From NCBI GenBank assembly GCA_905178155.1, contig CAJINV010000021.1, forward strand, positions 607,530-671,529: a stretch of DNA of 64,000 nucleotides, given 5' to 3'. Position 1 is the first letter of the stretch; the number at the start of each line of letters is the position of its first letter. The stretch is from Amoebophrya sp. A120. Taxonomy: Eukaryota > Protista > Dinoflagellata. The notes beneath the pieces were generated by a model. That model ran no database searches and was not told where the DNA came from. It worked only from the letters and a program-made list of their open reading frames with translations. Below are positions 22,401 to 35,600 of the stretch, piece by piece. A program made the position numbers and the translations under genes.

Positions 22401-25400
22401 GAAGGGGCTCGGGCTTCTCGATCACAATTTTAGTGCCATCAGGGCCCAAAGGCGCTTCCGGTTCTTTCGAACAAGCGGTCTTCTTGTCTTCACCAGTACT
22501 AGCTGCCCGGGGCGCAGATCCTGCGGAAGTAGATTGCAGTTCCGCTACAGCAGCAGCGTTTCTCCCCTGCGACTCCCTGTCAGCAACCGCCTCTGCAGTT
22601 CCGACTTCCTTCTTCGCCACCACGGGTACTGCGAATGGAGCAAGTCCAGTTGCTGTTGCACTAAGTCCGGTAACAACTGGTGACTTTTTCTCGTCTTGAT
22701 GCTGTTTAATATCGTGGTCCTCTTTGGTTTTCTTGACTAGTGGTTGAAGCGCATTTGGATTCGCATTTGCGGCTTCTGTGGGTTGTACTCTTTTGTTGGT
22801 GCTGTCGCTGTTCAAAGCACTATGAATTACAGATGGAGGTGATGGCACCTTCTGCTTGTCGATCGCACCTGTCTGCAGCAGCTGAGGGCCTTGTTGAACA
22901 GGACCTGCTGCCACCAGCGGCGCTGGCGCAACTGCTTTTGGTCGTGTTCCTCCTTGCAGCACCTGCTGCTGCTCCTTCTGTAGTTTATTCTGTTGCTCGG
23001 TTATTTTCGCTGCGTTGAGATTCTTGACTGCGTTTGCTGCAACGCACGCTCCAGAAGTCGCTACTGCACCAACGGTCATCTTCGCACTTGTGAGCGCGGT
23101 TTTATTTTCACCGGGAGCAGGCGCCGGACCAAAGACAGGTGCAGGTGACGGACCTCCCACGACAGGCGCAGGCGCCGTGACAACTACCCCAGGAGCGGGA
23201 GGCGCCGGAACGACCACTGGACCAGCCGCGTTCATTCCAATCTTGCCTTTTCCGCCAATGCCAATAGACGCGCTAAGGTTGACTATATTGCCGACGGAAA
23301 CCAAAGGGCGTGCACTAGTCGATGCAGCAGGTGCGAGTGTGGGTTTTTTTCCTGCAGAGCTGGCGATTTTGCTCGAGATAAATTGGTCAGCCGAGGGCGA
23401 GGAATCGTCGTCGCTCGAAGAAGAACCCGACGCACTATGCAAAAGAAAAAACCGCAGACGCGGCACTGCGACTCTCATGTTGCAAGAGCACGTCGCTGAA
23501 GCTGCATCATTGGGAGCTCCATCATTCGAAAAAAATACAGTAGCAGAGACAGTGACAGCTCCAGTTCTCCTCCTTCACTGGTGTAGAAAATGTAATCATG
23601 CGGCGCGTTACTGTTGTTCCCGAAAGAAGAAAGAAAGTAAGTAAGCGCGCTGACAACAGCAACAGAGGCAACGAGGACTACCTTTCTTGTGCATGTGGTG
23701 ATCATTACAGAATCCAAAGCTGTAGCAGAAATAGTAGTAGAAGAGCCATAATTATAAACTAGCTCCTGCCCACGCCCACCTCTCATGCTCATGCGAAGCA
23801 GCCGCGGTGCATTGTCGACGGTAATCACAAAGGGTCTTTGCTGCCATATGAGTCGCTACCGGCCTTGTCCGCATTCTGAGGCTGTGGGCCTTGCATCAGA
23901 GCCGGAGCTTGATTTTGTCGAGGTCCTTGTTCGGTCATCGGTGGCGGAGCAGAAATGGTTGCTTTTTGCGCAGCAGGTGCAGTTATGCTGTTGTTCTGCT
24001 GCGTACCAACTGCAGCTCCGGGACCCAGACCCAGTGGAGCTGCTTTAGCAAAGTGTGGCTGACCCATTCCGCCGGTTTGTTGGCCCCCGCCGTGGGTCTT
24101 GTTCTGGGCCACCTGTTTCTGTGCGCCGGCAGCTTCACCGTCGCTTTCAGACGATGAAATCAAGTCCTCATCGCGGTCGGGATTGTCATTTCGCGAGGCC
24201 CGGGCACGGTTCGAAGTACCAGTCGGCTGGTTGGTGGAATTTCTCACCGCCGGATTATTATTCGTCTCCTGACCTCCAGTTGAGGACGACATTCCAATAT
24301 CGTTCTTCCCTGTAGAGCCGCGCCCAGCATCAGGGGACCGCGATTTGTCATTTTGGTTGGTCTTGGCGGCAATTGAGGATCGACCCCCTCCTTTTCGTTC
24401 GCGGGAGTCGGTGATAATGCGGGCCTTCCGATCGGCGCGCACGGATCGCGCTCGTGTCATCTGCCGTGGCGCATCTAGCCATTGCTTTCCGCTTCCCTTA
24501 TTCAATACGCCATCTTTCTTGCTTCCCGGGACAAAAGCAGGCCGCTGGAGAACGTCCGACCCAACATCGGATCCCGCCTGCTGTCCGTCTCCATCGGCTT
24601 TACTCAGACTGTTTGGCGAGCCCCGCAACTTCTGTCGGCACTGCGCTCGGGTCCGCAGCGCTACCGCCCTGGTGCCGAAAGTACAGCCATCAGCCCGCTC
24701 TTTATCCTTCCGTGCCTGTTGCGCGGCATGATCTTCCGCGGCTGGTGCACTAGAAGATCCCACTCGTGGCAACACCGGTGGTCCGACGTGGGGATTTTGG
24801 TACTCCCCGGGCGCACCTCCGCTGGCGGCGTTGGCTTGGGGCTGTTGCGCAACATCAAATCCTACGTTTGCATCTTGCTGCGAAGCGGTGGTACTAGTAG
24901 GAGCATCAATACCACCTGTTGAAGTAGCGCTTGTCGCCGGAAAAACGCGACCAGCACCAGCACCGACGGCGCTCTGTTTATTCAAGGTAGCTACTGCGGC
25001 GTCCATCGCTGCCTCGGCTTCTTTTCCATCGTCATCTGAGGACGAAGAATCGTCCGAAGACGAAGAACTGGACGATGAGCTGCCGTTCATCTCCTCCACT
25101 TTCTGTCCACGGCCCTTGTTGGTTTCATCCGCCGCGACGGGTGCGCTTTCGCCAAAATTTCCCGGTCCTCGCGTTCCTGTACCGTCTTTCGGCGATGCTC
25201 CACGACTCCTGCTTCCGCTTTGGCTTTCACCGACGGGGCTGTCCTTGGGGGACGACCCCTCAGCTTTGTCTTCTTCCTCGATAACGAAAGTCCGCACCGG
25301 CTTCCCATTTTTGTCGAGCCTGCCGTTGGAATTTTTACGAGGACCAACGTTGTTCCTGTTGGGCCCTGCGCGTCGACCACGACTTGTGCTCCGTCGTTTG

Positions 25401-28400
25401 GAACAGCGACCTTGAGAATCACTGGAGCGATCACGAGAGCATGCCGCATCTGGTCCTCGCCGTTGTTCACCGCATTCTCCGCGCCTCTGCGCAGGAGCGC
25501 CCTTGACATGGTCACGCCCACCTACGCGTCCAGGAGAAGACTTCCCATCGCGGCGGCGATCTCGCTCTCGACTCATGCGCCGTGGTCCACCGTTACGCTC
25601 CTGGTTAGAAGAAGTATTTTGATTGCTATTGAAGCGACCTCCACCTCTTCCAGGACGAGAATTGGACCTCTTCTTGTTCCTTGGACTCGCCGCGACGTCC
25701 CTCCCGCCCCCTCTGAGATCCTTGCGATGATCTCGTGCGCGGCTATTTTCACCGGGCGGGGGAGACTTTGACTGAGTTCTCTGATTCATCATGCGATCAC
25801 GAAAGCCACCACGCGGTCCTCCGTCATTGCGCATTTGTACATCGTGGTCCCGGGACCTGTTGCTGCGATTAAAAGTATTTTTGTGCTCCATGTTGGTTCC
25901 TCCCCCGGCCCGTCGATCCCGAGAGTCCGCCTTGTTGTTGCGCTGGTCCTGATTTCGGCCGCCGCGATCGCGACCACCACGAGCATTTTGTGACAACATG
26001 CCGTTTTGTTTATTCGCGCCCCGATCTCGGGACGAAGTAGCGCGCGGACTGCGACTCCGGCTGCGCCGCGGCGGGGCGGCCAAAGTTTTACGATGTCCAC
26101 CTCCTTGGCGGCGCTGCTGGTGGTGCGCGCCGTGGTTCATCTTCTTGCCCCGCTGTTGTACCCCGGAAGCAAAGTATCACGACAGAGACAAAACCATATC
26201 ACAAAAAACTATGCGGAAAATAAAGCTGTCATCGGCCGCCCCGGCGGAACGGCAGTAAGCTGTTTCTGGTGTGTGCAGGGGCTGGCTTATAATTTCAACA
26301 CTCTGTTATTATTCATAGACACTTAGAGTGAGATTTATTACCATTACCTTTGCATAATTTACGAATGTGATTTTAGGTTTTTTCTGTTGGGTACAATGTT
26401 GCGTTGGTTTTGACCACGCTGGTGTTGCAAATCGTTGTTGCGGCCACGGAACCTCTGTGCGCCCCGCGGGGGCCCTCGGCCAAAAGTGGCTACTCGAAAG
26501 GGTCGCGGAATCACGCTTGCCTCGGCCTCGCCAAAGTCTTGGCTGATGCCGAGACTGCTGCTCCGACTGTGGTGGTCATCTTTGTTCTCAACGTGCTCCC
26601 GGTGTTCATCGTCGTCAGATCTCCGTTGTTCTTCTCCACCTTCACGGCTATCATCGTCGTCGCTGTGCTGGCCCCCGGCCCGGCGCCGGTCATGATCCTT
26701 CTCGAAATCCACTTTTCGCATCTTGTTCCGGCGCTTGGCGCCGTCGGTACTTCCCGCCCCGTAGTAGTCTTCCACCGAAGGAGAAGACTCCCCCCTACCT
26801 GCAGGAGACGACCGCTTGTTTTTCGCATCAAACGGAGAAAAATGGGCTGCCGAATGTCTCCTCGTGTTCATATTCTTATCGCGGTCCTCCGAGTGCGAGT
26901 TGTGGCCGTCCTTGTTTGCACCGACGACGATCTGCACTTTCTTCTTTGTCCCGTTGCCCCGATTTTTCGGAGGAATGGCATCAACATCAGAAGATTCGGT
27001 GTCGTTGTTGTTGGTCCTGCTCCTCCTTGGGAAAGGCGACCCGCGCCTCCGATTGTTCTGCTGTTCACCTTGATCATGTCCCTCTGCCGCACGCTGATTT
27101 TCCGGCTTCTTCAGAATGCTGGTTTTATTTTTTGTGCCCCCGCCGCCGCGGTCAAGATGATGATCTACTTTATGATCTTCATCATCTTTCTTATCCTCGT
27201 CGTGCTCACTTTCCTCGGAAGAAGAGAGACTCTGATTCTCGCTTGAATTATCCTCGGAAACAGAGCGGTTCGCGTCATCTTGTTCTGGCGCCCCCTTCTT
27301 GTTCTGTTCCTCGTTTACGTGGTCAGCCTCATCCTTCGCGTCCGCCAGCGCAGGCTGATCGACCGGTGCTGAAGCTTCGGCGGCCTTTTTTGCTGAGCCC
27401 GCGATCTCTTGGGAATTCTCTTGAGCGACCTCCTGAGCAGCTCCATTTTTCATCTTCTGCGCTGCATCATCATCCTCGGCGTCGGATGGGCCGGCGCTTT
27501 CCCCAACGTTGGTCTGTTTTGTAGTAGTCTTCGCGACTCCATCTTCCACGGACGAATGCGGTGGAGTTACCGTCACAGGACTGTTTAGAGTTGTTTATCT
27601 TTGTGTGTGTAGAAGTCCTAGCTGCTGCCAATGCAATTTATTTTCATTCGATTCTTCAAAATCAAAATGTTGAAAGTCATGAAATAGAAATCGATTCTCT
27701 GTGGCATTGCCTACTTCGTTGCAGCAACCAGAGACATCAAGAAAAAAAATTTGATTACACGACAATCCACCTCCGACGTAATAATGCAAATCAAAATGTT
27801 TTCTTGAAATTGAAAAGAGCTGTACTTAGCTGGTTTTGGTTTTTGAAAAATCCGCTGAATATTGAAATTGGAGATAGACTCAAAATAATGAAAACGAACC
27901 TGCTCTGTTGGAACTGCGCGGCCGTGTGTTTTTTGTTCGCAGATGCTGCCGGTTCTGCTTGTTCCACAACGCCGACGCTTTCCTGCTTGTTCTGGGCAAG
28001 AACCTCCTCGTGGGGCGCCTCAGACAACAAGACTGGAGTGATAAATTGCGTGGCCGCAAGGGACGTCGAGCCTGTACTCGCTGCAGCAGCAACCGGGATC
28101 GGAGCTCCGGAAGCAGGAGTGCCTGCAGTCGAAGAGGCCAACACCGGCTGAAAAGTGGACGACTGCGCAACTGGCGTGGCCGCCGTAGTAGTCGAGGAAC
28201 AAGCGGCCGCGCCGCCGGCTCCACCTAGTTGATGGACACCTTGATGCTGGGTTGTAGTAGGTTGCTGCAACTCTACCTTCAACAGCTCGTCGATCACCGC
28301 GACTCGTTGGTTACCCAACGAAATTTTCTGGTCCTTGAGTTCCTCGAGAAACTTAATTTTCTGGTCCTTGAGTTCCTCGAGAAACTTGTCCTGCGAATTG

Positions 28401-28441
28401 ATCGCGAGCAGCTTCTGCTCCAACAATTTTTTCACGTCCAT
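19453..28441 (-). CDS. Very large low-complexity, probably disordered protein (N-terminal coiled coil; RG/RS-rich, Ala/Pro-rich, Gly/Asn-rich C-terminus)
   Basis: ORFs 27791..28441, 26359..27576, 23825..26140, 20839..23478 and 19891..20553 link via phase-compatible GT-AG introns (e.g. 20639-20878, 23435-23828) and one TIR element; ends ...RGGGGGY*. Confidence 0.65.
19682..20003. mobile_element. Introner-like TIR element
   Basis: TATGCATTGAAAATATGTCTG...CAGACATATTTGCAGATGTGATA; repeat AGCCC/AGCCT; removal gives NHGG-YGGGG. Confidence 0.88.
28321..28387. repeat. 33-bp in-frame tandem duplication (KFLEELKDQKI x2)
   Basis: AATTTTCTGGTCCTTGAGTTCCTCGAGAAACT occurs twice in tandem. Confidence 0.85.
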
Positions 28442-29687
28442 CTTGTCCTCCTATCTTTATCTATACCCAATACACGACTTGCACAGAGTTGTTGTCAACA
28501 ACCGTTCAGTGTCGAAAGACGACCGACGAAACAAGAAATCATCTTCATACTTGTTTACAGATTGTAGTCACGAAAGGCAAAAGTAGACCGAATACAACTT
28601 TTTTCTACTTACTTAAATGTGTACAATAGCTACTGGAGAGCCAACACATTTAGGTCAACATCAACGGGTGTTCAACAGAAAATGAGACTCTTGTGGGTGC
28701 AAAATTCTCAGCCCAACATTTTTTCTATTTTTGCTTTGAACATGATAACGGGTTGGTTCATCGTTTGTTGTTGAGATACAGGTTCGTTACTCTTCAGATT
28801 TCGAAATTATACGAAAAAATTGGGTGAATAAAAGTTGTTCGTACTACGGGCGAGTAGGAAGGTAAAAATAAATACACCGGTAGCTAGGGCACATCCAGAA
28901 AATCGAAATCATGTCGAATGTTGACGGCGGCAAGATCATGTAGTTGCTCCATGCTCGACTGAAATAGGAAAAAACTTCTTCACACAATTATACTAAACTT
29001 AAAAGTGGCATCTTTTCTCTTTCCTATTCCTCGTTGATGTTGGTGAGACTGAAATTAATTATCCATTTCTTTGCGCTGCGTTTTACGCGAATAAGAGTGA
29101 AAAGCGTGGACGCATTCTTGAGAGGCAAACACAAACTCGACGCTGAGCTAGAGCTTTTTTGGGTTCTTATATCTTTGGAGCGGTTGTTCTTTTCCATTCA
29201 CCGGAGAGAGAGAGAGAGCATCAGCAGGCTGCTACTTGTGATTGACTCTCGTCCGCAATTTTTTGAAACAGGCGCCTCGCTGCCGACGTGGCGCTCTAGT
29301 AGGAGGCAATACGCGTTCTTTTTTATCAAGCTTGCAACGTACGCGTTTGCTTTTCTAAAAAAAAAAGGCGAGCCCTTCAAGAGTACACCAACACCTATTA
29401 TTAATTACGTCAACTTCTTACAAAAATTTGAGTTTCGCTATCACTTGTGCGGTTTTTCTGCCCCAAAATAAAGGCACAATCCACAAACGGGACGGCGCTT
29501 GTATTTGATCTTCAGAAGGGTACTATTATCTGTATATCATCATCATCATCATTTATCCTGCACTAGGGGGGGACGTGCGGAGGGGTTGGGGTTCGAGTTC
29601 GTTTCAAGCTGCATCTCGGGGTTTTGTCACTGCAGCTTCGCACATCGTGGCTCGTCGTGTACTAAGACTACCAATTTATCGAACTCC

Positions 29688-32600
29688 TCAACTCTCCGCA
29701 ACGTCACTAGTGTCGTTCTCATCTTCTTCTTCAAGAATCGGATCGCATTTCAAATCGAGCTTTCTTTGCGCGCAGCACTTCTTTTCGTGCGTCTTCATGC
29801 GTCGGGACGCACCAACTTTCTTCTGGAAATCGCGCGGCCAAGATATCGAGTGCGTCGCGCAGTGCGGACAAATCAGCTGTCGGGCGCTAAACTTCGACGC
29901 CTCTGCCCCGTTGAGAAACCGCTGCGGAGGAAGCACAAAGCGCTGCGATGGCTTGTATTTCGACAGAATACACTGGCCCGACCTCCCATACGCGAATTCC
30001 TCGGCCGGTGTGTAGGACCCATCGCGTTCCGCGACGATGCGGACGAAGTCGTCTTCCTGGTGCAACTTGAGGTGGGCACGCAGGGCCCGCAAAGATCCAC
30101 CAAGCGCCGCCGCGCACTGGTTGCACCACAGGGCGCCTATTCCGTCCTTGCAAGCAGTGTAGATTCCGCCCGAGTTCCGCACAAGCTCGTCCGTCTGCCG
30201 CTCCGAAATTTCGCCCTTCAGTACCGTCTGTTTCGCACGCAGCTCCGCCAAGCTCGGAGTCACTTTGAGGGTCGCCCGCTTGCTGCCGACCCGTGCCCGA
30301 TCGCCGTACGCCGCATCAAACTCCTCACGCGAAATTCCGTTTTTCTTCAAAAGCCGCTCATATGCAACTAAAACGCGCGGCTGCGAAAGTGCGTCACGCC
30401 AGGACGCGAAAAACCAATGCTGCATCGTGGCATCGATATACCACGACCTCGTACGCAGGAACCAATCCCTGCGAGTCTCCGAAACTGCAAACCCGGCAAG
30501 CTCCTGGACTGGAATTCGTGCGGCCGCGCACGCCTCAATGAAAGACTCGTACACAGATGGTAGTCGCGATGGGCGTCGTGGCAGGAGGAACATCTCGGGA
30601 TTGCGATCCGGGGTCGCGTTGGGGTCCACAGCACTGATAATAAAACGGCCGAAAAACGCCTTGCGCGGCAAATAGTCCCGGTCGCGCCGCAACAGATGCC
30701 CCCCGTGTGACAGCCTAGAATAACCTATCTCCGCGGAGATCGGCGCAACGCCGATGTGCTCCCGCAGGTCGCCGTGTGAAACTTTCATGACCTCCATCTG
30801 GGGCAGGGACAGATTGAACAACCGCCGAAGGATCGCGTTGTCAGCAGCAGTGAGGTCGCTGAGCTCCTGCGCCGAAAAAGACCGGCCGTTCGCCCCATAC
30901 AACATTGTACCGCGGACCAGAGCAACTACCACCGCTCGTCTGTGCCATTTATTCAATTCCCCAAACCCGACCAAGTGCCGCTGAGCACCGTAGAAAGCTT
31001 TCCATGATCTGCTGATGCGATTCCGTGTGTCTTTGGTGTCGTCGAGCGAAACGCCCAAAAACCCGCAGTCCAGCTGGTCCAACTGCCCCTCGATGCGCTT
31101 GTCCACATTTTCCTCCATGCGGGCAGAGGCTAACACGTTCAAACAGGAATCCACCACCGAGCGGTCCACCACCCCGGAGACCGATTCACCAAACGAGTTG
31201 GTATCATCGGCGAACTTCACGGTCCCCAGCCGGGTCTGTCCGCACGACGACTGCTGGGACGGTCGCAGGAGGAACTCCAGCTTCTCCTTCTCGTTGGCCG
31301 CGAAAAAATCCCCAGTGGGGTACTTGAGGAGAACACCAGAACTATCCAGATTCGGCGCAGCGGGGGGGAGTTTACTACGGGCGCGGCGGACTGCGGTCGA
31401 GACCACCGCGTATACCAAACTAAAACAGGACGGTGAGGACGGACACCCCTCTTGCAGGCCAAGGGGTAGACCGAAGTCTACCCCTTCCCGCACCTCCCTA
31501 CAGACGACATCCCGATGGCACGAAGCTAGAGCGGACCACGCCAGGGTGCCGGAGATCCCTAAGGCGGTCACCGTATCCTGCGTCACAGACCAGCAAAGCG
31601 AGGGGAAAGCTTTGCGTAAGTCCAGGCACGAGGCCCAGACCGTACAAAACTGCTCCAAATCGGCGAACTCGGCGGCGTCTTCTTTCAATCGCCTCAGGAG
31701 GACGATAGCGTCGGAGCTGTTGCGCCCGGAAACGAATCCGTAGTTTTCAATGTCCGCCAAATCCTCGTCGAAGATTAATTTCTGCAGCCGCCGCGTCATG
31801 ATGTGCGCCAAAACTTTGCAGAGTGACGGAACCACACTGATTCCCCGGTAGTTGTCCAACGAGTCCCGTCGCCCCCGTTTGTGTAAAAGCGAGACCCTCG
31901 TGCGCCTAAACTTCTCGTCGATGCCCCGAAGGCCGTTCCCCGCCCGCAGCTCCTGCGCGAGCAAGTCCAGAAGCAACTGGGTCAGGTCGTCGTCGAGGGC
32001 GGTAAAAATTTCTTTGCTCCAGGACTGGGAATCGGAACCCGCGCGAACCTCCTTAACCGCCGCCTTCCACTCCTCCAAAGCTATCGGCGCATCTAGCGCC
32101 GCAGCACTCGAGTCTGAGACACGGCCGACGAACTCCGAGGCGTTGAAGGTCGAGCACGGCTGCTGCTTCGCGACGACCTTCTCTACGTAGTGCTTCGACC
32201 AACCCATCGGAGCCGTTGAAGGCCCCCGCGACTTCTTCGTGCTCCCGATGTGCTTCCACAGTGCCCGCACCGTGGCCGGTTTGCTGGTGTCCTGCTGTAG
32301 TGCTGGCGGCGCCTCCTGCTGTCTCACCTTCGCGTGCTTCTTGCATGTCGCCAAGCGGAGACCTCGCTCTTGCGCAGTTTCCAAAACTATTGCTTCTCCT
32401 GATGACATCGCACGTAAAAATGATTCCAGGGTGGTCGGCGTGTTCGCGTGCTGGCTCAACTCGGACTTGACATGCGCGGAGTACGCAGCCACGCAGTCCT
32501 GGGTAACGGGGGCCACCCCGGCGTAGCCGCCTCCCCGCTGCTTCGAAGGCTGCTCCTCCTCGTGTGCGTCGGGCGGAAGTGTGAGAGTTATGGTCTTCCC

Positions 32601-35600
32601 GTAGTGGTCCAAGTCGTGGTGGCAAAACTGCCCATCCTTGCCGGACCGAAGCGTTGTCACGTCCCGAAGGTGCTTGCACACGTTAACGCCGTCGACCCGG
32701 CCCAAGAAACGCCCGCTCGTGATGAAACCGTCGATCTCGGACTCCGAACCCTCTCGGAGGTAAGTGTGCCGCGGCTGCGGCATTTCAAAAAAGGAATCGA
32801 CGTGCCGCATGTTATGCTTGGCCAGGCGGCTGACCAACTCCACCCCTTTGTCGTTTGACCGTTTTCCCGAAGCAAACTTCCCAACCACAAACCCCTCCTG
32901 GTCCGCTCCGATGTGGCAGTTGTAGTCCCCTGCCAGAATGAAGGGGATGTTCCGGCGGTTGGTCTTGCGAAGCAAGGCCCGCGTCCATCGCAGCAGCGGT
33001 CGGTAGAAGTTCGCAGCGCTGGCCTTGGGGCTGTCCGCAGGTCCGTACACCGAGAGGAGGGTCAGACGCCTAAAGAGCCCTACTACTACTCTGTCCCGGA
33101 CGAGAAATCGCTCAGCAAGTGCTTCATCTGTCAAGACCACAAGCTCGTCGAAAATGGGCCCCCCTCGGACCACAATACCCGCCCCGTGACCAATGCAAGC
33201 GATAAAACCCGGCCCCCTGGTGATGAAGGACTTCGTATCTGCCGGCCGATCATGCGCGTCGCCAGGGTCGGAGTCGTCGTCTTTCGCTGCGCCGCCCTTA
33301 TGAAGCCGATCCTGGATAATGTCGCCCGAGATATCTAAAACGCCCTCCAAGCCCGCGGCGGATTTCCCCCAGTTCACCTCAGACAGAGCCAGCACGTTGT
33401 AGTCTTCATCGTCGGGAGCGGAGCGGATTATCTTATCGCGCGCGCGATTGCCAATGATACTCTCGCGGCAGTTCTGCGTCGTGATGCGTATCTGCGTGCC
33501 ACCCGTGGTCGCCGGCTGGGTAAAAACGCCGTAATCCGGACATCGGGGACGGTTAAATGACGCGTGGCTGCGTGGGGGGGTGGTCGGGACAGGAGGGGAA
33601 GAGACGGAATCTAGTTGCGGGGCCGCGCCGCTGGATGAGGACGAAGAAGCCGACGAACTTGCCGCCGCCGCCTGTTCACGTTTGAGTTGCCGCGCTTCAT
33701 GCGCCCGCGACATTACCTCCCGGTAAGATGAACTTACCAGCGCCTCGTACTCTGCAGCCCGATTTGCGCGCGCCTCCGTGAAGCGCAGCCGGTATTTCGA
33801 GACCCGAAAAAGCGCAGTGTCGTCGGGTGGGACCGCAAACACCAGCAGGTGGTCCGAGATGCACAGAACGACTTGGAGCAACCGCGCTCCGAAAGACCCG
33901 GCCGCCCCTAGAAACTTCTTATCTTTCTTTCTGTAACATTTCGTTTTTCGCAGACGATTACTGAACAGATTCCAGCTGAATGTGAGAAACTTGTCGAAAC
34001 AGCACCCGAGGCACGCCGGTACTGCAAGTGAGGTATTCCAAAAAACGCGCAGCGACTTTGCTCCTGCAGTAGCAAACTTGTAGATCTGAAAGATGACGCT
34101 GAAACGGAGCAAGCGGCTCTTTGTCCGCAAACACGCGAGTTGTGAAACGGCGACCGCGATGAGACTGCAGCAGGTCGCGACAAAACAGCTGGTAGTAGAG
34201 ATGTCATCCGAAATGTAGTCGCAATTCGATGTAGAGCAAAATGTCCTTCCGCGATCCGTAAACAACGAGAGCAAAACGTGGTCTGTGGTGTACTTCCATC
34301 CGGAGATGCCGAAAAACGCAGAGAAGAAGAAATTTCCGAGCAGAATGATGGTAAGAAGAAATGTGAGCACCGTGAAGAGAGTCGTCTTGCTTAAGCACCA
34401 GGGCTCGTCGCCGGAACCCCGCCGGCCTCGGGACCACTGGTCGTGCCCCCCGACCCTTTTGCAGCTGTCCGCTTCGCCTTGCTCTCCACCTGCCCAGAGG
34501 GACTGCGGCTCCGTTCCCTTTTCGAAATAGGGGCCCCCGTCGCCGCTGGTGGTTCCTCCTGCGGGTTTGATCCCTCTGCAGCTGATACTGGGCTCATGTC
34601 GCTGACTTCGCTCTGCGGAGAAGCCTGGTCGTCCGGTTCGTCGGTGATCTTGAGCTGTGATGTGCGAAAGAACGTCATCGTCATCACTATCATCATCATC
34701 GTCTTCATTGTCGCTTTCGCTCTCGAATACCGAGAGCGGGAAATACTTCGCGCCGCCAATAGCCCCCTTTTGCAAACCAGGTGCTGGCTGCGGAGGTGTG
34801 CGAAATGCGGATGCCTTCACGGGCGGATCTGTCTGCACCGAGATATTAGAAGACGAAGCAGAAACGCTAGAAGTAGAAACAGCGGCCAACTCAAATACCT
34901 GGTTGATTTCCTGCATCATCAGCGTGAAGTGGTTCGTCATCTTGGTCTGGACGTATGACTTCAGGGTGACAAGTCCTGTTTCGGTTGCTGCGACGCGCTT
35001 CTCTAGCTTCGGCACTTCGGCTACGAGCGTCAACGCAGAGGCCGCGTCCTGTTCTACCGTGCTCAAGCGATCCGCGAATGCCCCGACGTTCTTCTGCAGC
35101 CCTTCGCAGGTCGTCCCGTGAGCAGCAAGTTCCTCCCTCAGCTTGCCAACGAGTTCCTCGAGGTCGGTTATGCGTGAGTTGTTGTATTTTTCGACGCGAG
35201 TCAGCACCTGCGCGTCGATGTAGAATTTGATTTCCTCTTCTGTCATGGCCGGTTCCTGCTGTGCCGATCCGCGATGCTGTCCTGATCCCTGGAGAGCCGG
35301 AAAGTCGTCCACCTGCATGCTGAAACCTCGCTGCCCCTCCGCAGGCAGGCCGTTGTTGTACCATGGAGCAGCACTGGTCGAGCCGCTGCCACTCCCCGTC
35401 ACCAGCGGGTTTCCGTCCCGAGTAACAGCGATGATGTCGCGCGCTATCCATGACCTGCTGCCCGTGCTCGGGCGCGTATACTCGTCGATCTGAAACAAGA
35501 TGTGCTGCCCTGGTCGGATGTTGCTGAGCGCAACACCCTGGCGAACGTTTCCCTTGGAGGAGTAGATTCCGGCCGGCCGGCCCTTCTCGTTCAGAACGTT

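Noticed and set aside
20882-27524. Long plus-strand ORFs (Ser/Ala/Val/Leu-rich)
   Set aside because: Antisense shadows of GC-rich low-complexity minus-strand exons
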